From positions 68,502,661 through 68,540,972 of the forward strand of contig NC_068981.1 of assembly GCF_001194135.2 (NCBI RefSeq): a stretch of 38,312 nt of DNA. Direction: 5' to 3'. The DNA comes from Octopus bimaculoides. Lineage: Eukaryota. The translations under genes were made by a program, and so were the position numbers. The notes beneath the pieces are model-generated. The model had not been told where the DNA came from. It did no database searches and saw nothing but the letters and a program-made list of their open reading frames with translations. Positions 35,934 to 38,312 of this stretch are shown one piece after another; the stretch's first letter is position 1, and the number at the start of each line of letters is the position of its first letter.

Positions 35934-38312
35934 TACAGGCCTAAAAAGACAGCAAGTTAAAAGTTCAAGTTGGTCTTTATGACTAGGGTGGCATATACCT
36001 GGTTTTGAAGAGAGTGTGTTTTTCTAGACCATAATTAAGACGCTTTCGATGATAGTTATACTTTCCGGGAAATGTGACAGTATAGTTTGAGAGTGATGAA
36101 AATTAATGCGCTGCAAAAGCTTGTTAATGGCTGTGCACATTATATTTGAGTATTAAAATTGCATACCACACGATGGTATATAACTCAGATACACTGACAA
36201 AATTTGTGCACCTTGCTTCCAAACTGCTAGATTCCCGGAGAAAGTGAGGAATTGAAGAATCTGTTAAGAATAACAGCTGACAATTATCATTCTCTGAGGA
36301 ATATAAAAATCATGTGGTCAGGTTCTGGTAGCATTTTTGTTAAATGAAAATTTATGCTATCATCCATAACATGAATGTGCGCATAGTGTGCAACATTTCG
36401 CCCCATAAGTGAATGGCAAGGATAGTTTGAATATTCATCATGTGTGCACCGTGGCAGCTGGAACCAAATCAACTGTAAATCGGTTTGAGGTCTGTGCTCT
36501 GCATGGAAGCTTCATTATTTATGCATGTGATACAATGCAGAGCTTAAATCTGTTGATCATCAAAGGACAATACGTTTAAGCTGTGTGACATTCTATGAAA
36601 CACGAGGTAAGTCAAGCACCAAGCTGATTTAGATGTGTTGCCAAGAATAGCTACATAAAACTGGTGCATCATTTATGAGTCAACCCACGAGTTGCCATAT
36701 GATGCTCTGGAATGTGAACGCTGTTTTGTAATAACGTAGACAGTGTCAGGACAATCCGTTCAAGTTTTCTGTGAGAGCCTGAGTCAAAGAAGAGCGCAAG
36801 AAATTTTGTAAGATATTTGTTGCACACGGGACCATACAGAATGAAAAACTTGCTAACGTTGAGAGATAGGGGAAGATGAGTAGGGGAAGGTTAGGGCATA
36901 GGTGATTGAATGTGGCGGCAAGATGGGTATATGTCCTCGGTGCGATAAGAAATATTGACTGAGAGGTGTTGCAAGTTGGATAAAACTGTAGGGAGCAGCA
37001 GATGTGACATGTCTATTTGGAAGGTGATAAGAGACGGCGTTGTTGAAAGACATCTGATTTTTTTCAGTTATCCTAGTGGATGTTGTCAGTGGATTCTAAA
37101 TACGCAGAAACCAATTATGAGACTGTACAGATAAATACGGAGAGCAGAAACAAAATATAACTAAATGCATAGAGGGTTTCCTTTCCGAGGAGAATAGACT
37201 GAATGGTGTGTGTCTTATTAAGACGGCATTCAATACATTAAAAATACAAAACCGAAATACATAAGGACATTTACGGTAGGCACATCAATTATATTCTCCA
37301 GTACAGTGGCAGTAGCCAATAAAAACCAACAACTAGAACATAAAAATGATGAAGAGAGGCTTCAGCGTTGAGGAAAGAGGACAGTAATAGAGAAAAGGAA
37401 GAGAATATGATGGTTAAAACAGGCAAAGAGAAAATATATACTACCCCGACGTGTAAGGATCACACGCTTGAAATTAGGTTAGTAATATTAGAATAAAGCG
37501 AGAAAGAAGGAATATGAAGAAATAAAAAGAGGAAGAAATATTAGCAACATAAACTGTAGAAGAAAATCTAGAAGAACGAACGGAGAAAATGATAATTTTA
37601 AGAATGAACTGAAACATGAAAAAATGGTTGTAGTAACAATGTTCTTTATACTAAGAAATATAACATTACTCAGGAATATTTAGAATATACTTCCTTAAAT
37701 ATCATACTGGTGCTTATATATGGTGCTGCAAATATAAAAGTAGGGCTCTATATGTATAAACGTATTATGAGTGTTCTTACACATCCATACGTATATAGAT
37801 ATATGTAAGAATTTATGTGTTTACACACACACGCACGCACTCAGTTAACCACACGCACAATTATTCAAGTGTATGCACACGCAGCTCAATAAACGTATAA
37901 ATTCTAACTTTATGTCATACAACAAGCTGTGACTTCGAAGTACTGCCAAATTTATGGTTTTCGCACTATCAATTTTCAACAAGCATTGGCGAAACTTCAA
38001 AGATATTCCACCTATAAACATTCATTCGTGCGTATATGTACGCGTGTATATATATATATAAATAAATACATATTCATGCATATTCATATATATATATAAA
38101 TGAGTATGTATGTACTTATAAAATAAAAATATGTATACAAACACACACATATATATTTATGTGTGTGTATACTTATATAATTGTATATATATAGCACGAC
38201 GAGCGTTTTGGCTTCTATCTATCAGTCTCTCTGTCTATCTATAATTATATATCGTTCTCTCTCCGCTACGTATATATATATATATATATATATATAAATA
38301 TTTACACACACA

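Noticed and set aside
2947-35960. Long ORFs in the supplied track that span N runs or simple repeats (poly-X, YIYI, HTHT, LSLS, poly-I/L/N)
   Set aside because: Artefacts of gaps and of microsatellites that lack stop codons.
1-38312. CRISPR arrays, operons, rRNA or other prokaryotic systems
   Set aside because: The sequence is eukaryotic and repeat-rich. The regularly spaced repeats are SINE copies or minisatellites without unique spacers.

Overview
This is AT-rich eukaryotic (animal) genomic DNA, rich in microsatellites, with ten assembly gaps, most of them flanked by simple repeats. The repeat families match what I recall of octopus/cephalopod SINEs, but that taxon call is an inference and was not searched. 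There is no long intact ORF; nearly all long entries in the ORF track are microsatellite or N-run artefacts. The window holds: (1) a decayed CR1/L2-type LINE (minus, ~265-2990); (2) a stack of R4/Dong-type RLE non-LTR retrotransposon pieces at 30.2-33.7 kb, each bounded by (AAT)n; (3) many tRNA-derived SINEs, including a four-copy head-to-tail array at 26.0-26.8 kb; (4) a head-to-head palindromic dimer at 13.9-14.35 kb of a composite element made of a tRNA-like head, (AAT)n and a Penelope-type 3' end carrying a degenerate minimal hammerhead ribozyme; (5) two diverged paralogous segments 22.5 kb apart (5.1 kb and 27.7 kb) that look like terminal coding exons of two tandem minus-strand genes, with candidate microexons upstream. 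The gene models rest only on splice signals and paralogy, so they are tentative.
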